DNA of 64,000 nt from the human T2T-CHM13v2.0 reference genome, Homo sapiens. Below are positions 1 to 16,477 of the stretch, piece after piece. The stretch's first letter is position 1, and each line of letters starts with the position of its first letter. Location of the stretch: NCBI RefSeq assembly GCF_009914755.1, contig NC_060935.1, one strand, 5' to 3'. A program made the translations under genes and the position numbers. Under the pieces are notes generated by a model. That model made no database searches. It saw nothing but the letters and a program-made list of their open reading frames with translations, and was not told the origin of the DNA.

Positions 1-42
1 CATTCTCTTTGGCCATTAGACTGTGGTACCTTAGTGACACTT

Positions 43-438
43 TGTTATAGACTGAATTGTAGCCCATCAAAATGAGTATGTAAAAGCCCTAACTCACGAT
101 GTGACTGTTTCTGGGATAAGGCCTTTAGGAGGGAAATAAAGTTAAATGAGGTCACAAGCATGGGGCCCTAAGTTGAAAGGACGATGGCCTTATAAGATAA
201 GGAAGAGAGAACTGTCTCTCTTCCTCTTGTATCCCGCCCCAGAAATGGCCCCCTCTTGTGAACACACAGCCAGAAGGCAGCCATCGGCAAGCCAGGAAGA
301 CAGCCCTCACTAGAACTTGACCATGCTGGCACCTTGAGCCTATACTTCTAGCCTCCAGAACTGTGAGAAAATAAATTTCTGTTGTTTAAGCCACCCAGTA
401 TGTGGTATTTTGTTATGGCAGCTGAGCAAACTAATGCA
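43..438 (+). mobile_element. MaLR solo LTR (MLT1A-like)
   Basis: TG...CA ends; typical motif cagcctccagaactgtgagaaaataaatttctgttgtttaagccacccagt. Confidence 0.8.
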
Positions 439-1566
439 CGCTTAGACATAATCCATGCAGTCACCCTTAAGACATGAGTACACTGTACAGTCAGATGTCA
501 GGCAAACTGGGTCTGCTGCTGGCACTCTATTTCCTTCCATGGCTTGTCAATGTAGATGACAGCAGGATCTGGTTAGGTGTCTTTACCTGTCCTATAAACT
601 GCAAGATAATAATAAACACATAAATAAACAAGACTCTTCCTTTATGTCACACAGTAAAGTCACAAGTTCTCTTTAACAAGCTATACGGTGAGCCTATTAA
701 ATCAGTTTGTTTTTAACAAATAAAAAAGATGGGGTGTCTTACACAGATGCACAATAATAGGAGGCTGATAAATTATGATGCTTTGACTACATCACTATAA
801 ACTTTGCTTTAGGAAATTTTGAAAAATATATGCGATATAATATTAAGTAAAAAGTTAAAGAAGACATTCTGTGATTACCATGACTTAAAAACTATAAAGA
901 TAATGTAAAAATGAAAATAATTCTAATACATGGTTGAAATGCAAATCAATTTTTCCCTACATTTTGATTTTGTGCATGTTGCAAAATGTTCTTTTTTATT
1001 ATTTACAATTTAAAAAAATAAATTCAAAAGCACCTGTGGGTATCTTCTGTGGAGAACTGTCTTTTACTGTCAAATTGACGGTGCCTTTTATTAGTTATTG
1101 AAAATTCCAATTGTAATTAAAGTTTCATTTGATTGCTAGTACTGTCATCTTAAATACACAGAGTCAAAATTGACTAAATCAAGCCGACCAAATGTTTCAA
1201 TTTTAATGAGATCTGAAAGTTCTAATTTAGCAAAATACCTTCAAAAGACTTGCTCAAGTTGAATATTGTGGTAATTAGATATATTCATCTCACTATAAAC
1301 ATCAAGATTGTCCAATGCAAGATAAAAAGGAGATGGTATTCTTTTAAAAAAAAAATAAAATAAAAAGGAAAGTATTCAACCCTCACGAAAACTGGATCTT
1401 GATTGCTAGGTATGAGTGGATAACAAAGGCCTCAACATTGATTCATTCATTTATTCAATTCACATTCACTAATCACTTAAAGGACAGTGATTTAAGGCAC
1501 AGGCTGGAGAGCCGGATTGTCTGGGTTTAAATATCTACTGCATCACTTACTAGAGTTCTGATCCTG

Positions 1567-1960
1567 TGTATTAGTCAGGATGAGTTAGGTTTGCTATGAT
1601 AACATATCAAAACCCAAATCTCAGTGGCTTAAAACATCAAGGTTTATTTCCTACTCGTGCTACATGTTCATGTGGAGGAGAGGGAGCTCTGCTCCACAGA
1701 ATCACTCAGGAATCCAGGATTATGGAGACTCTAATGTCTTGCAACTACATATGTACTTCAACTCTTTTGAGCACTGGAGGGTCTCATATCAGCAGTTAAA
1801 TGCTAAGGCAGAAAAGTGGCCCATAGCACAGAAGTGACACATATCAATTCTACTCATAGCTTATTGACCATTACTAGTCACAAGGCCACCTAACTGCAAG
1901 AGGGTAGGAAAGTGATCCTCCCACATGCCTGGAAATAGAGGAGACCCAGGGGAGGGTGAG
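1567..1960 (-). mobile_element. Old MLT1 LTR interrupting a MIR (MIR halves ~1485-1565 and ~1985-2120)
   Basis: tgtattagtcaggat...tctcagtggcttaaaaca pattern; MIR core resumes after it. Confidence 0.6.
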
Positions 1961-2269
1961 CACTAAAAGCCTCTATGGCATCTCAAGCAAATTACTTAAT
2001 CTCTTTGTGGCTCTATTTCTTCATCTGTAGAGTGAAGATAACAATAGTGTCTATCTGATAGTGTTATTGTAAGGATTAAGTTATTATGCATAGAGCACTC
2101 TGAACTAAGGGCTAAGCAGTTGGGACAAAAAGAGGAATTAGATAGGTCTGTCCTCCTTGGAAGTTTACATATTAGTGGAGAACATAAACATACATCATAA
2201 TTCAACAGGAAATCTGATTATTATCACTTGGGAAACTGCCTTAGTTCTGATTCTCCAGTAACACAGAAA

Positions 2270-2470
2270 GGCAGAGCAGCATGGGAAAGTGGAACACATT
2301 AATTTGCAAACAATGGAGTTGGGCAAATGTTGATTTGACTCTTGGCTCTGCCACTTACTGGCTATGACTTAGACAAGTAACTTAATCTTTCTAAGCCTCA
2401 GTATCATTCTCTGTAAAAAAGTGAACTTAAAAACATTCACCTGTGGTTAATTACGAGGATTAAATGTGAA
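2270..2470 (+). mobile_element. MIR
   Basis: ctctgccacttactggctatgacttagacaagtaacttaatc core. Confidence 0.7.
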
Positions 2471-2979
2471 TCAGGTACAATATGAAACATGTAGTTCAAT
2501 CAACAGGGCTACTGTTTTGAATATACTATTAAGCACTCTAGACAGAAACCATTTCTGCTGTTTTATTTATTTCAAGTCAATAAACATGCATAGAGCCCCT
2601 CTGTGTCTACCCAGACTTACTGGGGAATATGAATTTAGCTAGTTTTTCTTATTGAGGTCACATCAGTTTAAAACAAGAAAAATAAAAAGAAAACCAAACA
2701 CAACACACAAAAACCTACATGATCCAGAACAATGCAGTTTTTAATCTAACCCTCCCCATCTTCCTGCTTCTCTTCTCTCCAAAATCCAGCCCTACCAAGA
2801 CTCTTCACAATTATTTTGCAAGTCCCCAAAGAGCACCTCATGATTTCCTCAAAAACTAGTTCTCTTTGCTTCTGCCTTCAGCTTCCTGCACTGAGCCACG
2901 CCAGAGGGCTCTTCAGCTCCCAGTAGCTCCACAGCCCCAGAAGGTATTGCAGTTGCCGCTCACAGAAATGTGTGAGATG

Positions 2980-3314
<335 letters not shown>

Positions 3315-4316
3315 TTATAAATGTGCTGACATGGACATCTTTTAATTAACTTTTAATTTATCAATCTTTTATTTTGCATAATTGTGCAGATGTTAGCACA
3401 GTCAGAATGAGTATTCACTTTAGCCAAAAGCTAACTTGCAAATACCCAACCAGATGACCCCACTTGTATTACAGGTTTGAAAAAAAAAAAAAAACAAACT
3501 TCTAACACCAAAAAAAGATAAACAGCTGGTATTTTCCTTTAATGTGAATTTCTAATAAATAGTTACCCATGTGCTGATGCGTGATGTAATCCCAAATATC
3601 CTATGGCCAATCAGTAAACATACAGCAATCATTTTCAACATAGCTATAAATTAACAATAATTAACTTTATTGAAATATTTTCAAGAGAAATAGAATAAAG
3701 CTTCATAAGCCACTATCCTGGGTATGACACTTAAGAAGCCAAGAACACAAGAGGAGCTTGAGCCAAAACGTTCTCCCTCTCTAGTCCATTTAACTTCTCA
3801 TAACTAGTAGGAGCTCAGGGAGGGGTATTTATGCCCTCCCCTTGCTCTATCTCTGGGCACTGTGACTACCAGAAACCCATATGTGGCTTTGTTCTGAAAC
3901 CCAGAGACACCTCTTCCACAGTACAATGCTGCTAGAGGGAAGAGTCGTCAGCCTTTGGTTGAAGCTCAGCTGCTTAAGGCACCCCTTCCCTACCCATGTA
4001 CCTTGCCTCAGGCTTTCTCCCTGCTCCTGCCCCTAGAAGCCTGGAGTGTCTGCTTCTCTGCCTCTCTTGTCTCAGTCAAGTCCACAGTCTTTCTCCTTCC
4101 TCTCTCCCTGACAGGCAGCATGGAGGACTCCCCAGAGGAGGTGAGCCTCAGTGGACCCTGCTAGGGTGAGGCTGTGTCTTCTTCAGCTGGGGACCAGGTC
4201 CTTCAACCAACCAAGTTACCTGATCTAGGGCATTCTCTGCTTCCTTTCTGTTCTAGCAAGACATGTCTAGTTAGAGCTGCATATTTTTTCCCTTGACCTC
4301 TTTTCTGAGAAGTACG

Positions 4317-4318
<2 letters not shown>

Positions 4319-4352
<34 letters not shown>
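4319..4352. repeat. (GT)n microsatellite
   Basis: Direct reading. Confidence 0.95.
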
Positions 4353-4354
<2 letters not shown>

Positions 4355-4489
4355 TTTAGAGCAATGTCTAGTCCTGTTTCTCAATATGTATTTATACTAT
4401 GTTCAACTATATGTTCAATTATTCATTTTATAATTAAATTTTCCTCATTGTGAGACACAATCTTTCATTTACAAAATTATTCTTGTATT

Positions 4490-5945
<1,456 letters not shown>

Positions 5946-6792
5946 ACAACTAAGTCCTAAAAAGTCAAACAATTAGATATGAATTTAAGTTTTTCAAAAA
6001 ATAGGAAAAACAACTAAGTAAGAATCATGGAATTCCCTATTTATTGCCCTATTTTAGAAAGGGTGACAGAGAAATATTCTTTGAGATAATGACATTTATG
6101 TAGGACTAAGGTGTGTCATGGCAGGTCAAATTCATGCCTAAAACCTAAACCAAAAATTCTAAGTTATTGGAGATACACAGACACACACACACATTATATA
6201 TTTTATATGAAACATAAGTTTATAGATCACACATTCATTTCACATATATTTATATAAAATTTGAATACATGTTCATATAATATTTGTGAATATATGGGTA
6301 TTCAAATTATGTCCTTAAGAACAACGAAGAACTGTGAAATGTTCAGGTCATATTTCTGTTTAATTTTTTTACACAGATTGGTTAATTATTAGCCTGGTTT
6401 ATTTGCTTGGAAAACAAATTGAAATAGAGAATGTGTTTGTATTATGTAATTTAAATTTTACCTACAGATATAATGCTACTTTTTTGTTTGTCTTCATTCT
6501 TGAGAGAAGAGGGACTCATCACAATGGAAACTATTGGTTTTAGGTGAAGCCAAACACAGAACACAGCAGCTGGACATAAAAATCTTTAGTTGTCTTAATT
6601 TTCTTCAACCTTCTGGAATCAGATTAATTTCTGGCTCTCAAGAAGGTCTAAATAACAAAAGATGAGTTGTGGCCATCTGGTACTTTTGGGGAGGTGCTAT
6701 TGGATTATGAAGAAAAATCAAGGGCTAGGAGTTAAGAAATATAAATTCTAACTCCAGTTCTATACCTGGCCTCTTGGATTGCCTTGAGTTGA

Positions 6793-7160
6793 TGTCTTAG
6801 ACCATTTTTGCTACAATAACAGTACATTTGAGACTAGGTAACTTATAAGGAATAGAAATGCATTGGCTCATGGTTGTAAAGCCTGGGAAGTCCAAGATCA
6901 AGGAGGTGGTGCTTTGTGAGGGCCTTCTTCCTGCACCATCCTATGGCAGAAGGTCAAAGAAAGGGGGAGAGAGAGACAAAATGGGATCAAACTCATCCTT
7001 TTATAAGAAACCCACTCCTGCAATAACAGCATTCATTCATTCATGAAGACAGAGCCTTCGTGGCCTAATAGTCTCTTAAAGTTCCCACCTGTTAGTATTG
7101 TTACAATGGCAATTAATTTCAACATGAGTTGAGAAGGGGACAAACATTCAAACCATAGCA
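6793..7160 (-). mobile_element. MST-family MaLR LTR inside a MIR
   Basis: tgtcttag...gggaagtccaagatcaagg...acattcaaaccatagca. Confidence 0.8.
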
Positions 7161-7507
7161 GGTGATTACTTGGCCTCTCTGTGCTTCAGTTTTTCACTAT
7201 GGAATTTGGACTAGATTAAGTCTTGGGTCCCTGTAATACTCATTCTATGATTCAAAGAGGAAGTATGAAGCCTCCTCCCCAACATTTCACATACACAGTT
7301 CTTTAATCATTCACTAATAATGTTAACGAATGAGAAGTTACTATGTGTCCAGCATTATTGCGGGCATGAGGCACAGTGGTGAAGAAAAACAGACAAAAAA
7401 ACCTCATAGAATTTATATTCTAGTGTCTATAGAGGCTGTATACAAATCCTGGGTCATTAATAATAGTATCTTTAATAAACAGTTTAAAGAAGATCTTTGT
7501 TTATTTA

Positions 7508-7864
<357 letters not shown>

Positions 7865-8484
7865 TCAATACTTATCCCAGGCACCACCTCCTACTTCCAG
7901 GAAATCTTTCCTCTGAAAATTTCTGTGTGTTATAGGATTTTGGGCTATACTATTTATTCATAAATTATATGTATATTTATATATTAACAGATATGAACAA
8001 ATTATTCCTTTTGAAGCTGTATGTTGGTGTGGGTCATCTCTATCACAGACTATAAAATCATGGATTAAGTGACTACATACCTTCAGCACCCTTATCACAG
8101 TGCTGAGCCACAGTAGATGTTAAATTCATACTTGCCCAATGAATATATCTGAACTGTCGGAATATGTTGTATCTGAAAATCCAAGGCCTCACTGACTTGC
8201 ATAGGAAGAGCCTTCAGAGCAAGATTATGTCTATAACTAATCTGATTCCTGGGCTTTTGCCAGGTTTCCTTTGCTCTACCTGCCCTTTCCTGCCCCTACA
8301 TTTTTCTCGTATCCAAGGCTCAGTCTTGCTCAAGTCCTGCTTCTATAGCTATCAGCTGTCCGTGACAGGCTGCAGATCCGTTCTCAGCAGTGGATCCTCT
8401 AGCATGTGGGCTTCCAAAGTGGTGTGTACACATCACAGGGAATACCCTAGAAAGTCTACTGAGGTTCAAGAAGAAAATATTAGA

Positions 8485-8768
8485 CTATATACATCTGCTA
8501 ATATATATTTCTGCACAGATATATATACACATATTTGCATATATACACACAAATATATATACGAACACATACATAGGTATACATGCATGCATGTATGTAT
8601 GTATACACATACATAAATACACATATGCATACACATAGCTGCACATACATATATACATGCATGTATATGCACACACATATACATATAAAAACATACATGC
8701 ACATATATACACTTACATGCATACACATACATGTATAATATATACACACATGCATACATATACATGTA
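8485..8768. repeat. Degenerate (TACA/CATA/TA)n purine-pyrimidine repeat
   Basis: Direct reading; accounts for the YIHT/CVYM-rich ORFs. Confidence 0.9.
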
Positions 8769-11416
8769 CAGTCATGTACCACATAACACCATTTCAGTCA
8801 ACAATTAACTACATATATGATGGTGGTCCCATAAAATTACAATACCATATTTCTAACATATCTTTCTATGTTTAGACATGTTTAGATACACAAATGTTTA
8901 CCATGTGTTACAGCTACCTACAATATCCAGTACAGTAATATGCTGTACAGGTTTGTAGCCTAGGAGCAATGGGCTTGTATTAGTCCGTTTTCACACTGCT
9001 GATAAAAACATACCTGAGACTGGGGGAAATAAAAGAGGTTTAATTGGACTTATAGTTCCACATGGCTGGGGAAGCCTCAGAATCATGGCGGGAGGTGAAA
9101 GGCACTGCTTACATGGCAGCAGCAAGAGAAAATGAGGAAGATGCAAGAGTGGAAACCCCTGATAAAACCATCAGATCTCGTGAAACTTATTTACTACCAC
9201 AAGAACAGTATAGGGAAAACCACCCCAATGATTCAAATTATCTCCTACTGGGTCCCTCTCACAACACATAGGAATTATGGGAATACAATTCAAGATGAGA
9301 TTTGGGTGGGGACACAGAGCCAAACCATATCATCCCACCCCTGGCCCCTCCAAATCTCATGTCCTCACATTTCAAAACCAATCATGTCTTCCTAACAGTC
9401 CTTCAAAGTCTTAACTCATTTCAGTATTAATCCAAAAGTTCACAGTCCAAAGTCTCATCTGAGACAAGGCAAGTCCCTTCCACCTATGAGCCTGTAAAAT
9501 CAGAAGCAAGCTAGTTACTTCCTAAATACACTGGGGGTACAGGTATTGGGTAAATACAGCCATTCCAAATGGAAGAAATTGGCCAAAACAAAGAGGTTAC
9601 AGGGCCCATGCAAGTCTGAAATCCAGCAGGGCAGTCAAATTTTAAAGCTCCAGTGTGATCTCCTTTGACTCCACATCTCACATCCAGGTGACACTGATGC
9701 AAGAAGTGGGTTCCCATGGTCTTGGGCAGCTCCACCCCTGTGGTTTTGCAGACTACAGTCTCTCTCCCAGCTGCTTTCACAGGCTGGCATTGAACATCTG
9801 TGGCTTTTCCAGGCTCATAGTGCAAGCTGTAGGTAGATCTACAATTCTGGGGTCTGGAGGATGGTGGCCCTCATCTCACAGCTCCACTGGGCAGTGCCCC
9901 AGTAGGGACTCTGTGTGGGGGCTCCAACCCTGCATCTCCCTTCTGCACTGCCCTAGCAGAGATTCTCTATGAGAATCTATGAGATTCCCACCCCTGCAGC
10001 AAACTTCTGCCTGGACATCCAGGTGTTTCCATACATCTTCTGAAATCTATGCAGAGGTTCCCAAACTCCAATTCTTGATTTACGTGCACCCACAGGCTCA
10101 ACGCCACATGGAAGACCCCAAGGCTTGGGGTTTGAACCCTCTGAACCCATGGCCCAAGCTCTATGTTGGCCCCTTTTAGCCACAGCTGGAGTGGCTGGGA
10201 CGCAGGGCACCAAGTCCCTATGCTGCACACAGCACGGGGACCCTGGGCCCTGCCCATGAAACCATTTTTCCTCCTAGACCTCTGGGTCTGTGATGGGAGA
10301 GGCTGTCACAAAGGTCTCTAACATGCCCTGGAGATATTTTCCCCATTGTCTTCGGGAATAACATTCAGCTCCTCATTACTTATGCAAATATCTGCAGCAG
10401 CTTGAATTTCTCCTCAGAAAATAAGACGTTCTTTTCTTTCGCATTGTCAGCCTGCAAATTTTCCCAACTTTTATGCTCTGCTTCCCTTTTAAAACTGAAG
10501 CCTTTAACAGTACCCATGTCACCTCTTGAATGCTTTGCTGCTTAGAAATTTCTCCCACCAGATACCCTAAATCATCTCTCTCAAATTCAAGGTTCCACAA
10601 ATCTCTAGGACAGGGGCAAAATGCCACCAACCTCTTTGCTAAAACATAACAAGAGCCACCTTTGCTCCCATTCCCAACAAGTTCTTCTTCTCTATCTCAG
10701 ATCACCTCAGCCTAGATTTCATTGTCCATATCATTATCAATATTTTTATCAAAGCCATTCAACAAGTCTCTAGGAAGTTCCAGACTTTCCCATATTTTTC
10801 TGTCTTCTTCTGAGCCCTCCAAACTCTTCCACCCTCTGCCCGTAATCCAGTTTTAAAGTCGCTTCCACATTTTCAGGTATCTTTTCAGCAACGCCCTCTT
10901 CCCGGTACCAATTTACTGTATTAGTTTTCACATTGCTGATAAAAACATACCCGAGACTTGGAAGAAAAAGAGGTTTAATTGGACTTACAGTTCCATATGG
11001 CTGGGGAGGCCTCAGAATCATGGCGGGAGGCAAAAGGCACTTCGTACATGGTGGCAGCAAGAGAAAATGAGGAAGATGCAAAAGCAGAAACCCCTGATAA
11101 AACCATCAGATCTCATGAGACTTATTCACTACCATGAGAACAGTATGGGCAAAACTGCCCCCATGATTCAAATTTTCTCCCACAAGGTCCCTCCCACAAC
11201 ACGCGGGAATTATGAGAGTACAATTCAAGATGAGATTTGGGTGGGGACACAGAGCCAAATCATATCAGGGCTATACCAAATAGCCTAGGTGTATGGTAGG
11301 TTTACTAGGTGTATCATCTAAGCTTGTGTAAGTACACTCCATGATGTTCACATAATGACAAAATTACCTAATCATTTCTCAAAACGTATAGCCATCATTA
11401 AAAAAGGCATGTCTGT
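8769..11416 (+). mobile_element. Tigger3a/MER7-like TcMar element split by THE1 (8769-8975 and 11268-11416)
   Basis: cagtcatg...catgtctg terminal inverted repeats with TA flanks; the two halves join across the TSD. Confidence 0.8.
8976..11267 (-). mobile_element. Full-length THE1 (THE1C-like) MaLR: LTR 8976-9332, internal region, LTR 10917-11267
   Basis: Two ~350-bp direct repeats with TG..CA ends, ~1.6-kb internal region, perfect 5-bp TSD GGGCT (8971-8975 and 11268-11272). Confidence 0.95.
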
Positions 11417-11821
11417 ATATATACACACACAAATATACATGTATACATATGTATGTCCATATGTATATATACATACACATATATATTTACTTGTTACCAA
11501 TAAAAGAAAAAGAAAAATGTACTAACCTTTTATGTGTGGATTGACATCAGCTCCCCCACTTGGCATGCATGTCTCATGATCTCTTGGTGTACACTGTACC
11601 CAGGTCACCTGGGACGAAGTGGTGGAGAGGAGCTCTCACAGCAAAGAGGTGGGGTCACTGAGGGTTCAGTGAGGCAGAGTTATAGATTACATAATCTGGT
11701 TTTAACTAATTTGCCCTCAAAAAATAGAAAAGTAACTTTAAAAGATTTTTACAAAAAAAAAACCACTGCAGCATTAAATATATATTAAATATATTAAATA
11801 TAATGCCAATAATATCAAATG

Positions 11822-12268
11822 TAGTCAACACTTGATCAGTATGGATTTGAACCACATGGAACCATGTACAGGTGGATTTTCTTCCGCTTTTGCCACTCTG
11901 GAAACAGCAAGATCAACCCAACCTCTTCTCTTCCTTGGCCTACTCAAGGTGAAGACGAAGAGGATGAACACCTTAATAATGATCCATTTCCACTTAGTGA
12001 ACTGTGAATATATTTTCTCTTTGTTATCATTTTCTGAATAACACTTTCTTTTCTATAGCTCTAGTAATAAAGTAATATAGTATGCATGCAGTATATAATA
12101 CATTTAACATATATAATATGTGTTAATCAACTGCTTATTTATCTGGAAGGCTTCAGTCAACAGTAGGCTATTAGCAGTCAAGTTTTGGGGGACTCAAAAG
12201 TTATACCCAAATTTTTGACTGGGGAGGGGAAGGGGGAGCTAAACTCTACCTTGTTCAAGGATCAATTA
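11822..12268 (+). mobile_element. Tigger2a-like DNA transposon
   Basis: gaagacgaagaggatgaa...gtcaacagtaggctattag...ttgttcaaggatcaatt match the recalled consensus. Confidence 0.8.
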
Positions 12269-12689
12269 TATTTATGTGGCATTTAGTACAAGCCAGACAC
12301 TGGCCTAAGTGTTTCATCTCTATTAACTTAGTTAATCCATGCAAAAACCCTGTGAGGAAAGTACTGTTTTAATTCCCATTTTAAACATGAGGAAACTGGG
12401 GCGTAGACAGCTTAACGATGTTGCTAGTCAATGGCAGGGCTGCAATGCAACCCAGGCAATTTCTCTCTGGGGTCAGTGGCCTTAACCACAACATGATGCT
12501 GCTTGTAAACACAAGGAGACGAGAAAATGGCAGAGCGAACATTCCTCTTCCTCTTGGTACAATACCTCAGCTGCCATCTTAGGAAGCTAAAGCTGTGACA
12601 GTGTTGTCAAGTCTGACAAGTGTGTCAGTAAAACAAAGCGTTGTGAAACGATCAAGAAGATATTGAAATATGGATTTGCAATCACTATA

Positions 12690-12976
12690 TTTATTTAGAC
12701 AGGTTCTTGCTCTGTCACTCAGGCTGGAGTGTAGTGGTGCTCACTGTAGCCTTGACGCCCCGAGTGCAAGCCACCCTCCAACCTCAGCCTCTCAAGTAGT
12801 TCGGACTATAGGCACATGCCACCATGCCCAGCTATTTATTTTTATTTTATGTTTTCGTAGAGACAGAAGTCTTCCTATGTTGCCCAGGCTGATCTCCAAC
12901 ACCTGAGCTAGAGCAAGCCTCCCACCTCAGCCTCCCAAAGTGCTGGGATTACAGGTGTGAGCCGTTGCACCTGGCC
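12690..12976 (-). mobile_element. AluJ-like
   Basis: Diverged antisense Alu dimer. Confidence 0.88.
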
Positions 12977-13691
12977 ACCCGTGTCTTTAATGATGAACTT
13001 TGCTCTAAGTTGTTAAGTCTCAGGACATTAGCCAACAATAGTAAGACATGTATTGAGTTTATAAATAAATTAATCAATATATATTAGTGATTTATGAAAT
13101 AAACATCTGGTCAAAAATAATTGGAGAACACTGCCCCCAAAATTAACAGCTAAACAACTTTCTGTGGTAGTCCAGAAGCTTACACTTCAAAATGCTTATT
13201 GTAGTTACTTTCTGGAAAATGAGTTTGTGTGTTGAAAACAGTTTTAAGATTCAAATTCCACTTATTACATGTAGACTTAAATAATACTGAATTTTCCCAA
13301 ACTACTATAAAACATTTTATAAAGACAAAATTTATTTCTAATAGATTTCTCTACTAATAACCAAAAAATGTGTAAGTTCTCAGCATGACATTTGTAATTC
13401 TCTTCTCCAGGATTCCCGCGTTGCTTTTGCCTGCCAGGAATGTCTTCACACTTGTGTGTCTATTGGGACGATCAGCACTCAGTTTAGTCTTGGCCATTAC
13501 ATGAAGCATACGACCCATACTGGGCCAATCATAGGTAAAGGGGACCTTTTTTTCTCTCTCTCAAACATTTGACCAATCATCTTGAGGTTCAATTGTCATG
13601 TTCACATATAATCCATTTCTCTACACTCAGGTTTATATGTGCACATCTATTATTCTATCTTTCCATCATGCTTGTTTGTTTTAGTCATAGC

Positions 13692-13840
13692 TAGGGCTTC
13701 TGTGTGTGATTGTTCAAGCTGTGCAATGCACGCAGATGCCTGGCTAAGGGTGAGTGAAGGTTCAAGTCTAGCCCAAGCTGTGCTCAAACAGCTGTGAGTT
13801 CTGGAGTGCCTTCCCCAATTTTCATGTTGGCTAGCGCTGT
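13692..13840 (+). mobile_element. MER91A-like hAT element
   Basis: Similarity to recalled consensus (gctgtgcaatgcac...tctagccc...ggctagcgctg). Confidence 0.5.
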
Positions 13841-14635
13841 TCTAACTAAATTGTGAGCTTCCTGAGAGTAGAGAACATTCTTAGTCGTCTGTTTGACATA
13901 GTTCCTGGCAACACGCCTTGTCAGAAGACTCTTAATAAATATCTGTTGAATTGAATTTCAGAGTACATTTTCCGACATAAATTCTGACATGCTCCATCAT
14001 TTTTAATCTCCTTTATTCAATTATGCAGGCAATAAGTCACCAAACTGACTTTATGCTCTCTTAAGCATCTATCACAATGTCAAACACCTTAGAGATATTT
14101 AATGGAGATTAATGTATTATGATAAATGACTATTGCTCATTTTCTGTTCTTTCCATCACATTTTCTGATCTATTTTTATGGTCTACCTTCTAAATTTTAT
14201 TTATTATATTTTATCTTCCAAAGAATCTTGTATGATTGTAGTGCTCACACACATAATAAATTTTGAAGTTTTTGTGGTTAAATCAACTGAGACTTTGAGT
14301 CTGGCTAGGAATTTATGATTCCTCATAAGCAACAGGGCCATGTATACGACAAGAATCCAATCTAAGTGTTGATTATGGGCAACAATGGTGATGATAATTA
14401 GGTTTAAAAGCCTATGCTCTGCCAACACATTAGAAAATTAGATAACATTTCTGAAATATTTTTAAACAAAAGATGACCTAATTATCTGTACCTGTAGAAA
14501 ATTTTATCAACAGTTAGCATCTAAGTATCATTTTCAATTTTTTCTACCAGAGGACTCATGTAAAAAGATAAGATGATACTCCTTTACTTGCATGTTTTGG
14601 TCCATGAAAGACTTTGACAAGTTTAGGTGGCATTA

Positions 14636-15091
<456 letters not shown>

Positions 15092-15374
15092 TTAGATCTC
15101 TTAAAAAATGATGAGGAAGTGGGATCATTTAGTCTAGTGAAAATCACCAAACAATTAGATGAGTAGAAACATTTAAAATTTAAAGAATCAAGCTACAGAG
15201 CCCATTGGCTAAAATTTTTAAAGAAAGATCTAGAGATTTCAGATCGTCCAACTCTGCTAAAGAGTGAAAATGATTAGCCATTACTTTCTTCCACTGTAGG
15301 TAGATTGCAGTTACCACATAACGAACCAGAAGGTTTAAAGATTGTATCTGTAGAAGCAACTGAGGCTTCACCTA

Positions 15375-15610
15375 TGATGAAAGACTTTGGAGTCAGACTG
15401 CTTAGGTTTAAATCCCAGTTCCATTATTTATCTATTTGCCTTATGACTTTGGAAGTTACTTAACTTCTCTATTCCTGTTTCCTTGTCTGTAAAATTAGGA
15501 TAATAATTGTTCCCAAATCATAAAGTTGTTATGGGGAGTAATAAGATAGAGTGTGTAAAATACTCCATACAGAGCCTGGACCATAGTTAAGAGTAAGTAC
15601 TCTACAAAAA
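15375..15610 (+). mobile_element. MIR
   Basis: actttggagtcagactg...aagttacttaacttctct...ctgtaaaattagga. Confidence 0.75.
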
Positions 15611-15827
15611 CTTGTGTTTGTCATTAGAGATACAATAAAAAGTTATGAACCAAAGTGGCCAGTAAAAAAAATGAAAGTTTTTATATACTGAGCATCTATA
15701 ATGTGTCAGTCATTATGTTAACCAGTTTTCATACATTATTTCTTTTAATTTGTTGTCTTCGAATTATTTTAAAAGAATTAAAAGAACACAGTATGATTTA
15801 ATGTGAAAACGAAAAAGAGAAGATTCC

Positions 15828-16162
<335 letters not shown>

Positions 16163-16477
16163 CTAACTAACTCTTTACTTCCACCGACATTGAGAACTTC
16201 CATTCCAGTGACTTAGAGATAATTACTACAAACTTTTCTGAGGAGAGGAGGAAGGGGGAGGAGCATATTCTTCTAGAGATTTCTATGCTTATACTGGTGT
16301 ACATATTTATAACACCATCTTTCAGTACACAAATGCCATACATACAATCCTGCAAGTTTCTTTTTCTTATTTGTTATATCTTGATCTTCTATCTCACCTT
16401 TTTTAAATAAACTTTTCATTTTTGCATAATTTTGGATTTACAGTAGAGTTGCATATTAACATTTTACATAATCAAGG

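Noticed and set aside
8164-8875. Cluster of overlapping 70-150 aa ORFs
   Set aside because: Produced by a stop-poor purine-pyrimidine simple repeat
9062-11288. Many ORFs on both strands
   Set aside because: All inside the THE1 element; decayed MaLR sequence
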